From Octopus bimaculoides (lineage: Eukaryota): a stretch of 47,961 nt of DNA. The stretch covers positions 89,288,725-89,336,685 of the forward strand of contig NC_068990.1 of assembly GCF_001194135.2 (NCBI RefSeq), read 5' to 3'. How positions within the stretch are numbered: position 1 is the first letter of the stretch; each line of letters opens with the position of its first letter. This document shows, one piece after another, positions 1 to 10,772 of the stretch. The position numbers were made by a program, and so were the translations under genes. Below the pieces are notes generated by a model that ran no database searches, was not told where the DNA came from, and saw nothing but the letters and a program-made list of their open reading frames with translations.

Positions 1-272
1 CTACCATGGTACTGTCAACTCGGATAGCTGGTCCCTCTGTTGGGTCAACATATGGCAGACTCTATTTCTCCCATTCATTCTCTTTATTAAGCAATCTATC
101 GTAGTAGCTTCTCCAGACCTCTTTCTTTGCAGCCTCATTTAGAGCAAGCGTACCATCATCCATGCGAACACATTTCTCTCCTACTACATCACTATTCTCT
201 CTCCTACACTGTCTTGTGACACGAAATACCTCAAGTCTTTGGTCCTCACGGCGCAGAACATTGGCAAATCTT
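1..272 (-). mobile_element. RTE-clade LINE fragment (linker region between endonuclease and RT), runs off the window edge
   Basis: Minus strand translates to RFANVLRREDQRLEVFRVTRQCRRENSDVVGEKCVRMDDGTLALNEAAKKEVWRSYYDRLLNKENEWEK*SLPYVDPTEGPAIRVDSTMV, typical of RTE ORF linker; one in-frame stop. Confidence 0.8.
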
Positions 273-273
273 T

Positions 274-574
274 TCTAGCCTTGGGCCAACTAAAGTCTTG
301 TCAGTAGATGGAAACTGAAAGAAGCCCATTGAATGTGTGTGTATCTGTCTGTCTATCTAATCTGTTAGTGTCTGTATTTGTCCCCCACCACTGTTTGACA
401 ATCAGTGTTGGTGTGTTTACATCCACATAACTTAGCAGTTTAATGAATAGAAAAGAGACCAATGGAATAAATATCAAATTTGAAAGAAAAAAAGTCCTGG
501 GTTGATTTGTTTGAGTAAAATTCTTCAAGGCAGTGCCCCAGCATGGCTGCAGTCTAATGAAACAAAAGATAAAA
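274..574 (+). mobile_element. 5'-truncated SINE copy (same family as 19361..19746)
   Basis: Shares gatggaaactgaaagaagccc, gtttacatcc..taacttagcagtt and aaggcagtgccccagcatggctgcagtc blocks with the full copy at 19361. Confidence 0.7.
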
Positions 575-624
575 TATGTCTGTATAAATATATTTTACCT
601 TAGTTCATCTGCAGTCACTGTCTT

Positions 625-629
<5 letters not shown>

Positions 630-703
<74 letters not shown>
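630..703. repeat. (CT)n microsatellite
   Basis: Direct read; explains the SLSLSL ORF 533..811. Confidence 0.97.
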
Positions 704-707
<4 letters not shown>

Positions 708-1334
708 GCAGAAACTATAGGCCAGTGGAAATTTTTGTCTTGCAAGGTACATATCTATATATATCGCTACTTAAAGAGGCATATATTTTCTTAAAGGTTT
801 ACCAAATCTGAGTTACAATTTCTATAACATTGATGCAATACCACTTTCTGAGTATTTCTTAATTTTGAATTATTCTCAATTTAATTTAATTTGAATTGCA
901 ATGTATTGAGAAACGCATTATATCTGTTGGGGGGTTAGCATGTGCTTTTGGTTTGGGTAGTTATTAATATCAGTGTTACACGCACACAAACTCTGCTTGG
1001 TGCAAGGTGTGTGTATCCTGTCAACATTGATAATAGACTAGTTGTTTTAGCCAGTGACAAAATAGGTCTTATTACTTATTATTTGGAAAAGGAAGGATAT
1101 GTCATTCATTTTTTATGTTTATTTTATTTTTATAGATGAATTATTTATCTGCTAATTTTATTACTAACATAGAAAATTACTTTTAAATTTGATAACTCCA
1201 ATTAAGGTATATCTATATCTGGGTCTGTTGCTCTTTTCTGTCTGGAATTGGTTCTCAGTTATACAAATGTAATTCTTCAGGCGGTATTATGGAAATGTGA
1301 AAGATAGAAGATACTAAGTCCATAATACCACCAG

Positions 1335-1460
1335 TCATCATCATCATCATTATTGTCGTTTTAACATTCACTTTTCCATGTTGACATGGGTCAGATGAGA
1401 TTTATCGAGACAGTTGTCCAACAGCTGGATGCTCTTCTTGTTATCAGCCCTTATTTGTTT
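1335..1460 (-). mobile_element. RTE-type 3' tail (LINE end or RTE-tailed SINE)
   Basis: (CAT)n followed by ttttaacattcacttttccatgttgacatgggtcagatg...gctggatgctcttc, homologous to the tails at 4920..5230. Confidence 0.5.
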
Positions 1461-1639
1461 CCAAGTAGTGTGAAACAGCTGAATGACTGGATATGTTTTT
1501 AATGGAGATATAAACACAGCAACACTGTTTTAATGTAGAGTGCAAACATCACAAGGGGAACCTCCTAATATCAGGAATCACTGCTAAGGTGCTTAAAATA
1601 TCTGGTATAGGATATGGGCGTAGTCAACCATGTAGTTAA

Positions 1640-1966
1640 TCAGGTTGTACAGGAAAGTGTTATAAACAATAACTGGTATAGCTGCATTATAGTCATTAAC
1701 AAGTAAAGGTGATGCTTTAGACAGAATTACAGAGGTATCACATTGTTGGACAAAGTTATGAAATACAGTTCTATATTTAAGAAATGTGGAATTATATACA
1801 TTATGGATATTTATCCTTATCTTGTTTGGTGTCTTGGGGAAATTTCGAACCTGGGTTCTCATTCCTAAGGTGTTTGTTGTTGTTTGGGTCACTGCCTGGA
1901 ATCGAACTCGGGATCTTGGGGTTAGTAGCCCGCACTCTTAACCACTCTACCATATCCTCGTGGGCA
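1640..1966 (-). mobile_element. SINE with tRNA-Ser-like head
   Basis: Minus strand head: atatggtagagtggttaagagtgcgggctactaaccccaagatcccgagttcgattccagg; A-box TGGTAGAGTGG, anticodon-like loop CTACTAA, B-box GAGTTCGATTCC; no acceptor stem, so not a functional tRNA. Left boundary approximate. Confidence 0.65.
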
Positions 1967-2152
1967 ATTATGGAGTGAATTTTAGGGCTTATAAATCAAA
2001 TATTTTCCTATCCTTCCTTAATACCAGTTCCCATATGCTACTCGTATCTGCACTCGGTTTGCTTAGGGAGTTGTTGTGTCCTAGCATATGTGCTGCTTCT
2101 TTTAGTTTTCCTATTTTCCAGTGGTGTTCTCTGTCTATAATTTTAACTTCAT

Positions 2153-3095
2153 CCCACAGGCTCGGTTCTCAGTCCCCTCCTGTTCATCAATGTCCTATAG
2201 ACTATTGCTCTTGGGAACTATTATGTGCTGATGACCTGACCTCGTTTTAGTGGAATCTGTAGTAAAATTAGAAAATAAATTCCAGGCATAGAAGCAAAAC
2301 TTGGAATGAAAGGGACTTAAAATTAACTTAGCAAAGACCAAATTTCTAGTAGGCAGTACTCTGCTCCTTTCAGCTTAATGGCCCTGTTTGATATATAGGC
2401 AAGAATAATTCCATATAGTGTACCAAGTGCAAGCTATGCACACAAAAGTTGCAGTGGAATCACAAGAAGATTAACAAAGAGAGTAGAAATAAATTTCCTT
2501 GAATGTCCAGGAGGCTCTCTAGAGGTAGTAAATAGTTTCTGTGAGAAACTGGGTGATCTACTTAGCAGTAGAGGAGGATGTTCTGAAAGTATTGTTGCTA
2601 GAATAAGAACAGGATGGAGAAAGTTCATAGAGCTATTATCCCTGTTGTTAACAAAAGTCACTCTTTCTTAGAGTAAAAGGCAGATTGTATGATGCTTGTG
2701 TATGAACAGCAATGCTACATGGTAATGAGACCTGGGTCCTGAATGCAGAAGACCTGCAAAGACTAGAAAAAGAATGGAACTAATATGCCCAGTGTGTATG
2801 TAGGACAAAATGCTACTGTGTTGAGAGGGGAAATGGGTATAAAAGGAATTGGGTGTGTGTAAGGGAGATGGCTGTACTGATATGGTCTTGTGATGCATAT
2901 GGGTGAGAGAACAGCTTTCTAAAGAAGTGCTGGTTACTAAAATGCATGGCACTTGCAGAAGGAGACCCAAAGGAAACATGGGACAAAATGAAGGTTGATC
3001 TCAAAGTCCTGAGCCTTGTGGAAGAGATGACAAAGGACCAAGATGATTGGTGATTCATTGTGGTCAAGAAGACCCATCCATCACAGCAAAAGTGA
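2153..3095 (+). mobile_element. Decayed RTE LINE 3' portion (RT C-terminal half to ORF end)
   Basis: Frame-shifted motifs GSVLSPLLFI, C.WELLCADDL, LGDLLSSRGGCSESIVARIRTGWRKF, GRLYDACV..AMLHGNETWVLNAEDLQRLE, RRPKETWDK. Confidence 0.85.
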
Positions 3096-3689
3096 GGTCT
3101 TAAAAGTATTATGCTTATGTCTTTATACTCACTGGGCCCTGCTTCTGCACCCTGTCTGTTCCTGTCAAGTCTTCCCACCTCTCGTGTTCTTAACCCCATC
3201 CCCACCATTCTTCTAACTTCAGTACTATTCAACTGCTGTAATCACATGAGAAAAGAATCTGCCCATATGTGAACCACATTTTGTGCTACCAGCTAAATGC
3301 CCCTTTCCCTGGAACCACTTCCTTTGAAAATCCATCTGTCATTCTCAACATCATCCTTTCCTACTTTGTTTTCTCTTCTGCCTCCAGTTATCTCATCCTT
3401 TCCCCTGAGTTATATCTTAAGACTGCCACATCTCATTTTCATCATCCTCTCATGTCTGCCATTGGTGCACACCACCTCTGTCTTCCTCCTCATGTCGCCA
3501 TCCCTATGTACCTCGGGCATCCATCTTTTGCTGTACATCTCACTCTCTCCCACCTCACACATCATCTCCCTATTTTTTGATCTGTCAATATATTTAATAT
3601 ACTGCTGCTCTTCCTGTACTGCCACTTGTATTTCTTTCACTGCCTGCACCCCCCACCCCCCACCCCACCATACCTTCAAAGATGTGTGA

Positions 3690-3699
3690 NNNNNNNNNN
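3690..3699. other. Assembly gap (N run)
   Basis: 10 N bases. Confidence 0.99.
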
Positions 3700-4224
3700 C
3701 CTTACTTGAGAAACAGGTAAGGATTAACTACAGGAAGGACATTCAGCTGTAAAATAATGCATCAATATATCTGTCTAACCCATTCTAGCAGAAAAATTAA
3801 CCAAAGAATACACATACATACACACACACTTGGTGTTCAAGTTTCTGTTGGAAAAAAAAATTACAATGGAGAATAAAAACTGATTCTTTATTTTTTTTTA
3901 CCATCCAAATCTCCCTATCATTCAATCACTATCCATGTTCATATTGCTCTGAAAAATTACTTCTTATTGATAACTTGCTTTTGTCTCAATTTAAGTCTCG
4001 CATAATACAATCCAAAATTAATCTTCAATTATCTTTCCTGGAAAAATGTAATTTTCTATAATTAACTCTGTCCAATCTTTTCATTTGCATCACATTAATT
4101 TTTTTTCTTCTTTTTCAATTATCCTATATTATTTTCAATTACAAATGGTAAAGGTAACTATGTTGAATACCAATACCTCTGAATCTCAAACCAATGTGGG
4201 AAGGTCTACATGGTCAGTAGGCTT

Positions 4225-4490
4225 TCTAGAAATAGCTGTCAAATCTACTCCAATCACACCGTATGATTTTAAAATGGAAGCAGGGCTGTTAGAGAATATA
4301 ATCATAGGTACATTGCTTGGATAATAAATGAGATGGTCATAGCTGGAACATTTTTGATCATAAGTTTGTTGGATGAGAGGTGACCTAGAGTTAAGTAACA
4401 AGAAAAGCTGGATTGGATAATATGGATACTTCGAATAAAACTGGGCAATCATAGATAAGTTTAAACAGAGTTGACTTGGGGTTAACCAGC
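4225..4490 (-). mobile_element. Degenerate interspersed repeat (family with core ggtgtgatttgag..gattt..ctgctatttctagca)
   Basis: Reverse complement of ctagaaatagctgtcaaatctactccaatcacacc matches the core seen at 5470..5510, 15790..15830 and 45975..46010. Confidence 0.4.
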
Positions 4491-4521
4491 AGCAGTGTTA
4501 GTGTATGTGTGTGTGTTTATA

Positions 4522-4880
4522 TGCAGAGGATTTACAAAGACTAAAAAGAAATGAGCATCCAAGCTCTGCTGGTTGTGTAACATTACATAATACGACTGTG
4601 CATGAATGATTGAGTCTGATTAAGGTGTGAGAAAAATTGAACAGAAGAAGAATCAAGAGAAGTTTGTAAGAAAGAAAACTGCATTTGTATTGGTGTTTGA
4701 TATGTATGGAGGAGGATGGCTGTATAAAGAAAAATAGACCACAGGAAGACATGGGACAAAGTGGTGGATCTGAAGCTGTTGCATGTCATGGAGATGACAA
4801 AGAACTGTTGATTGGTGACATGCTGTGTAGGGAGAAAACTTGCCGGGCTGCCCAGGCATTGCAAAACAGATGTTAAAATT
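4522..4880 (+). mobile_element. Decayed RTE LINE 3' end
   Basis: AEDLQRLKRNE motif and gaagacatgggacaaa...gagatgacaaag blocks homologous to 2740..3060. Confidence 0.7.
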
Positions 4881-4919
4881 AATTATATGTATGTGTGTGA
4901 TCATTGTGTATGTGTGTGA

Positions 4920-5230
4920 TCATTGTTTAATGTCTGCCTTCCATGTTAGCATGGGTTGGACGGTTTGACAGGAGCCAGCCAGGTAGAAGACTATACTAGG
5001 CTTTTGTGTCTGTTTTGGCACCTATTAAATGTATGTAATATATATTATCATCATCATTTGATGTCCATTGTCCAATGCTGGCATTTGACGTCCATTGTCC
5101 ATGTTGGCATTTGACGTCCATTGTCCATGTTGGCATGGGTTGGACGGTTTGACTGGGCTGGCACACTGGAAGGCTGCACCAGACTCCAGTCTGATTTGGC
5201 ATGGTTTTCTATGGCTGGATGCCCTTCATC
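4920..5230 (-). mobile_element. Two adjacent RTE-type 3' tails
   Basis: Two copies of catg(t)t(a/g)gcatgggttggacggtttgac (4940s and 5120s), the second continuing to ggtttctatggctggatgccctt; (CAT)n tail at 5047..5057. Confidence 0.6.
5055..5133. repeat. Three tandem copies of a 26-27 bp unit (catttgacgtccattgtccatgttgg)
   Basis: Units start at 5055, 5082 and 5108; copies 2 and 3 identical. Confidence 0.9.
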
Positions 5231-5344
5231 GTCTAGACTGATGACAACAATAATTCGGAAAAGGAAGGATTGAGCTAAGTGTTTAGTGCTCGTTGGCTGA
5301 GACACTTTTGGATGACAAAAGCAAAAATGGAAGATACATCATAT

Positions 5345-5555
5345 TTTGTCTCTGGTCATCCCTGATTAAGCAGATCTGTCAGCAACAGGTTTCCAGCTAC
5401 GATCATGCTATCTTTTTCCTATGTGCAAAGACACTGAGCCAAATTATCCTATGTGTCTTTCTAAGATAGTAGGGTGTGATTTGAGGAAGATTTTGCTGTT
5501 GTTTCTAGCAGATTGAACAACTACATAAAGGCTCCCTTGTTGGTACGTCATATAG
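5345..5555 (+). mobile_element. Interspersed repeat, same family as 4225..4490
   Basis: ggtcatccctgattaagcagatctg...gggtgtgatttgaggaagattttgctgttgtttctagcag; homologous to 15670..15850. Confidence 0.45.
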
Positions 5556-6492
5556 GCTAGGCTGGTGGTGATGATGATGATGATAGTATGAAGCTTGTTG
5601 GTTCTGATTAGTTGGACCATTTAGCATGTTTCTGGTCTAATGGTTACTATTTGTTGGTAAGTGAGCTTTAATAATCGACTGGAGGTATTTTTCATTCAAT
5701 AAAGAAACCTAATTTAAATGTAATTTAATCTTTACTTACAGAGCTTTAGGTACGACACTCTTTTTGGCTGTGGATGCTTTTAGCAGACTTCTTTTGTTGC
5801 AAATATTCAAAGTAAAATCCTCTCCGTTTTCTTTTCCTCCTCATATTGACTGACAGAGGTTAGGGCTGAGAAACATCTGCATTGATTCCAGCACTCTGGG
5901 TCCACATCCCTGGTCAGCTAACTTAGAAATATCAGAAATAATAATAATTAGTAAATCATTAAGTGAATTGCTCATGTGTGAACAATTAAAGCACTTTTAG
6001 AACTAGGGTCTTCAATTGTTTTTGGAACTGGTTGCCCTTCTTACCATTAACAACTCAGTTGTGAACCTGCCTACTTTTGTTCAGTTGAGTAAACTGGAGA
6101 AAGGTGAATGAGCTACCTTGCTCAGGGGTCAAAGACATTTCTAGCAAGTTTCATTCTATATTAATGAGCTTACCCTTTAACACTTTATCTCAAGAGCCAT
6201 TGCTGGTTTTGTAATGTTAAACAAACAAGAGATAAATCTATAATCTCACCACAGTTAAGACATCAGTCCCATCTAAAGCAGTAATATTGATTTGGTTGTA
6301 TCTGTTTCCTGTTTTCTATGTGGATTGTGGTATGAAAAACTAAGTAGCAAACACACATTGTGGCACCAATGAATTTGGACTTGAGAATAGACACAGGCAT
6401 CCTAGTGTTCATCCAAAAAGTTTTTAAAATGCTACATGATGTATTGGTGTAAAGTTGCTCGGAAACATTCCAACCTCTAGCTCGCAGATAAA

Positions 6493-6770
6493 CTGTCCCC
6501 TCTCACTGTCCTTTCTACTGCAACTACAATGGTCTCATAGATATTGAATGGCTGGTTTCATGCCACTTCTATTCATGTACATCCCACACTCTTGTTTCTC
6601 CTCCTCTTATCACTTGTATGGTGTTAAACCCCCCACCCCCCAGTCTTCCCGGAACAGCTCTCTGGAATTCCCTCCTTTTACACATTTTCCTTCCACCCAT
6701 TGACTTGCAACAGTTTGCACAGAATATTAACAGTATCAGTCTCATTGGTCTTGGAGCACTGTTCCTTCCT
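6493..6770 (+). mobile_element. Decayed CR1/L2-like LINE 3' end
   Basis: Remnant motifs FYCNYNGL and FPGTALWNSL, resembling the FYRYYNG...FFPRT..LWNSLP C-terminus of CR1/L2-group ORF2. Confidence 0.5.
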
Positions 6771-9115
6771 TCATATTAAATAAAAAAAATGGTTGGTAAT
6801 TCATTGCAATGCCGACTTAGTCCATTTTTACCTAGAGTATTTAATATGGAGTAAGTAGTGATTGCATTCAGTTTGGAGGAGCAAAAGCTGTAGTCGTACT
6901 AATTGAAATGACAGACACAGCTATACAAAGCATTAGATGTAGTATGGCATTAAATGAGGGTTTGCCTGTCAGGTATTCAGTCTTTATACCTTGGATGCTG
7001 CATATAATTTGTGTACACATACACGTCTGCTTGCACATACATGTGTGTGTGTGGTCGAGGTCATGTCTTCATTGAAGAAAAAATACTTTTTGTTTGTTTA
7101 TTTTTTGAAGAACATTTGCGCTGTAAGAAGTTGGTTGCTTTTCAAATCTGAAGTATTTTCTGACTTTGAAAAGGAAGGAAACCCTACCTTTGTGATGCAG
7201 TCCTGGTTATGTAAAGAATGTACGGCTGCTATGAAAGGTCAACACAAATTGTAAGACCTTAGCATTTGCAGGGAATCTGATGAATTACAACAAATAGAGG
7301 TGATGGGTTGTTTGGAGTGAGTGCGGGTGTGTGTTTCCAGTTAACAATGTTGGGAAAATTTTTAACTAATTGTTACTTGTTTGTTTTGTTTTTTTTTTGT
7401 CTTCATTTTGATGTTAGGAAGTTTTATTTCTTGGTGTATTTAGTTAGTTAATTTTTGAAATTTTATTTATTTATTATTTTTTGCTGCGTTACATTTTGGA
7501 TTTCTTTTTCCCAGTTCTGAGATCAAATCCACTCAGGGCATAATTTCACTTCCTGCCACTCCTTCAGGATGACTTGTGATGTTTTGTCACATTTCTCTTG
7601 AGTTCACGTCCTACTAGCATTGGTTTTTGTTTTCATCCTTTTGGGGTTGATAAAAGGCCACAGATTTTGGAAAGAGTTTAAAATCAGTTGAATCGATACC
7701 TGTGAGGTTTTGCTGATTTTTCTATTTCTTTTTAATTCTCATCTTGCAATATGTGAACAGGATTGTTGGTTACAGGCTTCTAATGGGACAATCACTGGTT
7801 CACTGCATTTCTGAAAGCAAAAGTGACAAGGGATTGTCTAATTGCATATTTCAATGGACCTTGTTCTTAAACTACTGATTTTTCACTTTTCTTGCTGGTG
7901 TTTATCTTTGGCTACTAAATTCCACTATCTCTTCTGCTGCTGCTGTTAGAACAATGTCTGATATTCTGTTTTATTAAGCTACGTTTTGTTCAGTATAAAC
8001 CCACTTTTCAGTTCTACTCACAATATTATACCCACCTGAAATTCTCTTGCTGGTCATGCCACCTACTCCAATCTAATTACTGTCCTTCAGCTAAGCTTTA
8101 ATTAACTATCTAACTTCCTCCAATTATCCCAGAATAAGACCCTAGACAAAGGTATATTATCTTAAGTATTTGCTCTTTAATAAATATATAATGTATTGGT
8201 AGAGTTGTTATAGCATCAAATAAAATTCTTTATAATGTTCATTCTGACTCTTTTGCAGTCTTTGTTCAAATCCTAATAAGGTCAGGTTTGTTTTTCATCC
8301 TTTCAGGGTTTGTAAAAAAGTATCAATCTGGGTTGATGGTTTGCCTTGTAATATCTGTTCTAGTTGATTACTTTTTCGAATTCCTATTTTGCTATGGCCT
8401 ATTTAGGTGACAGATTAAATCTGTTGCCTGGTTTAACACTTTTGTTAAAATGCATTACTTTTGTTTCAGTTAATTTTGAAAATAATAAATTTAGTGAAAT
8501 AGCTTTGTCATTTGATAATGACGAAGTTATTTTACTAAATTCTTGTTTGTGACTTAAATGAGAGAAGGTTTCAATTTAAATCACTTTAAAACAAAGTTTG
8601 TATCATCGAACCAGGAGCAGTCTCAGGCAGGTTTGTAACAAAAAAAAAATTAGCACCAATACTTGGCACTACTTGTGTGCTTTTAGCAGTCTATTCTGTT
8701 GTAAGTGTTCTTGCTATGTCTCTGGTTTGAGGATAACTCACTCCTTCCCCACCAGTCTTTACAAATGCCTTATAGTGACATGGGCATTGTCTTCCTTCCT
8801 CACTAAAAGGTTAAAAAAAGGAAACCACTACAATGTAGTAGTGTTAGAGGTACCAGTGGGTGGACTGTGTGAGACTATTTTCAGTTCCTGTTTGTAGATA
8901 TGTTACCCCCACTTATGACCTTGACAGTGTTATTAACTATCTTGACTACCTAAAGAATGAATTGGTGGGGTGATAGGGGTTTGGTAGGTATCTGTCCTTA
9001 CAAAGGGTCCAGCTATTCACATAATATCATCTCATTAGTGTGTTGGGAGTGGAGAAGGAGTATTTGTGTACACATACATGTATCTATATTTATATGTAAT
9101 TGCATGTATGTATGA

Positions 9116-9123
<8 letters not shown>

Positions 9124-9172
<49 letters not shown>
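9124..9172. repeat. (TA)n microsatellite
   Basis: Direct read; explains IYIYIY ORFs. Confidence 0.97.
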
Positions 9173-9175
<3 letters not shown>

Positions 9176-10476
9176 GCATATATATATTTTACTGTAATTG
9201 TGTATATGTGTGTGTGCAAACACAGATTTGTGTTTGAAGATACAGGTATGAACACATGCACGCGAACACACACACAACTTGATTAGCTAAAATTTATGGG
9301 TCTTATAGAGCCGAACATGAGGTTCCAACAAGTTACCTTGCAGCACACTTTCTAAATATTCTATTTTCGAACTTATAAATTCAGTTCATCAGGCCTTTTT
9401 GGTCAGCATTTAGCTAGAGCTTTCTTTCTCTGCTAAGGACTATCCAACACAGACATTGTTAGCATAACCTACTTCGTTAGCAGATTTTACCTTTCTAGTT
9501 TGATTGTCTTGTCACTTCTAATGAGTTGATGCCAGCAATTTGTGGAGAAACACTCTGCTGATTTCACCGACTCTCCAGCTTGTAGCTGAAGATGGCATTT
9601 CATTGTTGTTTGTTTCATGTAGGAGGATAGTTCTTTCAGAATTCAAATTGTGTGTGTGTGTGTCTGTGTCTGTTTGTTTATATCTCTGTGGATTGTATGT
9701 ATATTTCCATATCTGTTTGTGCTTGCGCGCACACACACACACACACACACACATACACACACATACACTATGCATATTCGTGTAGGCACAACTGGTGGCG
9801 GGGGGGCAAATAGTCAAACATATGACTTTAATTAACATACTTGTTGAGTTGATAATTAGTAATTGCAACACCTTTCAAAGAGGAGTAACTAATTAATCTC
9901 TATCAGTATCCAGCCAATATGAAGTTATGCAATCTCAGAAGTGTTTATTTATTTATTATTGTTGTTATTGTTATTAATCCTTTATAGCTACTCAGCCTTT
10001 TAGCTAAGATCAAAGTGTATTGGTGTTGTTATTATTATTATTATTATTATTATAATAGTCTTATTGTTATTGTGTGCTTTCATTACATAATCAAGTGCAG
10101 TATTGTTATTGTGTACTTTCTGTGCACAGTGGGAACTTCTTTTCTTTCCTTTCTTTTTTACTAGTTTCAATAATTGCATTGCGACCATGCTGGGGCATCG
10201 CCTTCAGTTAGTTTGAATTAATTATACCAACCCTTGCATTTTGCCTGGTTGTTATTTCAACATTCTTGTATGGTACAAAATATAAAATAGAACATTTGGC
10301 ATGAGTAGATAACAAGTTGGGTATGAATACCACAGGTTATTTCTGTTTAAATGTACCAGTTTTTTCCCCACTGTACAAAATTTTTCTTAAGAAGTATTGG
10401 TCAACCTGAGATTATGGTAAAAAAAAACATTTGCCTAGTGTTGTAGGATTGAACCAGGAACCACACGATTGCAAAG

Positions 10477-10772
10477 CACCTTGAGCAAGTGCCTTCTATT
10501 ATAACTCTAGGTCAACCAAAGCCTTGTGAGTGGATTTGATTGATAGAAACTGAAAGAAGCTTTGTGTGTGTGTGTTACTGTTTCCTTGCTTTGACATCAG
10601 ATGACAGTTGTAAATGAGTCTCACCATTGTGCAAGTGTTGTCTTTCATTTCCAGTCTTCTGTGAAAACATGTCTAGTCATGAGGAAATATTACTTCATTT
10701 GGAAACAGGTGAGATTTGGTGACAGGAAGAGCGTTCAGCTGTAGAAGAGTGGACATTGAAATGATGACGATG
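10477..10772 (+). mobile_element. SINE, shared 5' body with RTE-like tail
   Basis: caccttgagcaagtgccttcta...gaaactgaaagaagc body plus ggaaacaggtgagatttggtgacaggaagagcgttcagctgtaga...gatgacgatg tail; homologous to 13511..13905. Confidence 0.65.

Noticed and set aside
1895-1966. tRNA-like sequence
   Set aside because: No acceptor stem or complete cloverleaf; it is a SINE head, not a tRNA gene.
3130-3689. Overlapping ORFs of 89-139 aa with pyrimidine-rich plus strand, faint Penelope GIY-YIG-like words (PGTTS, LIYCCSSC)
   Set aside because: Motif spacing does not fit and no catalytic motif is recognisable; left unclassified.
5055-5133. Short direct repeats as a CRISPR-like array
   Set aside because: Units are contiguous with no unique spacers, and the context is eukaryotic.
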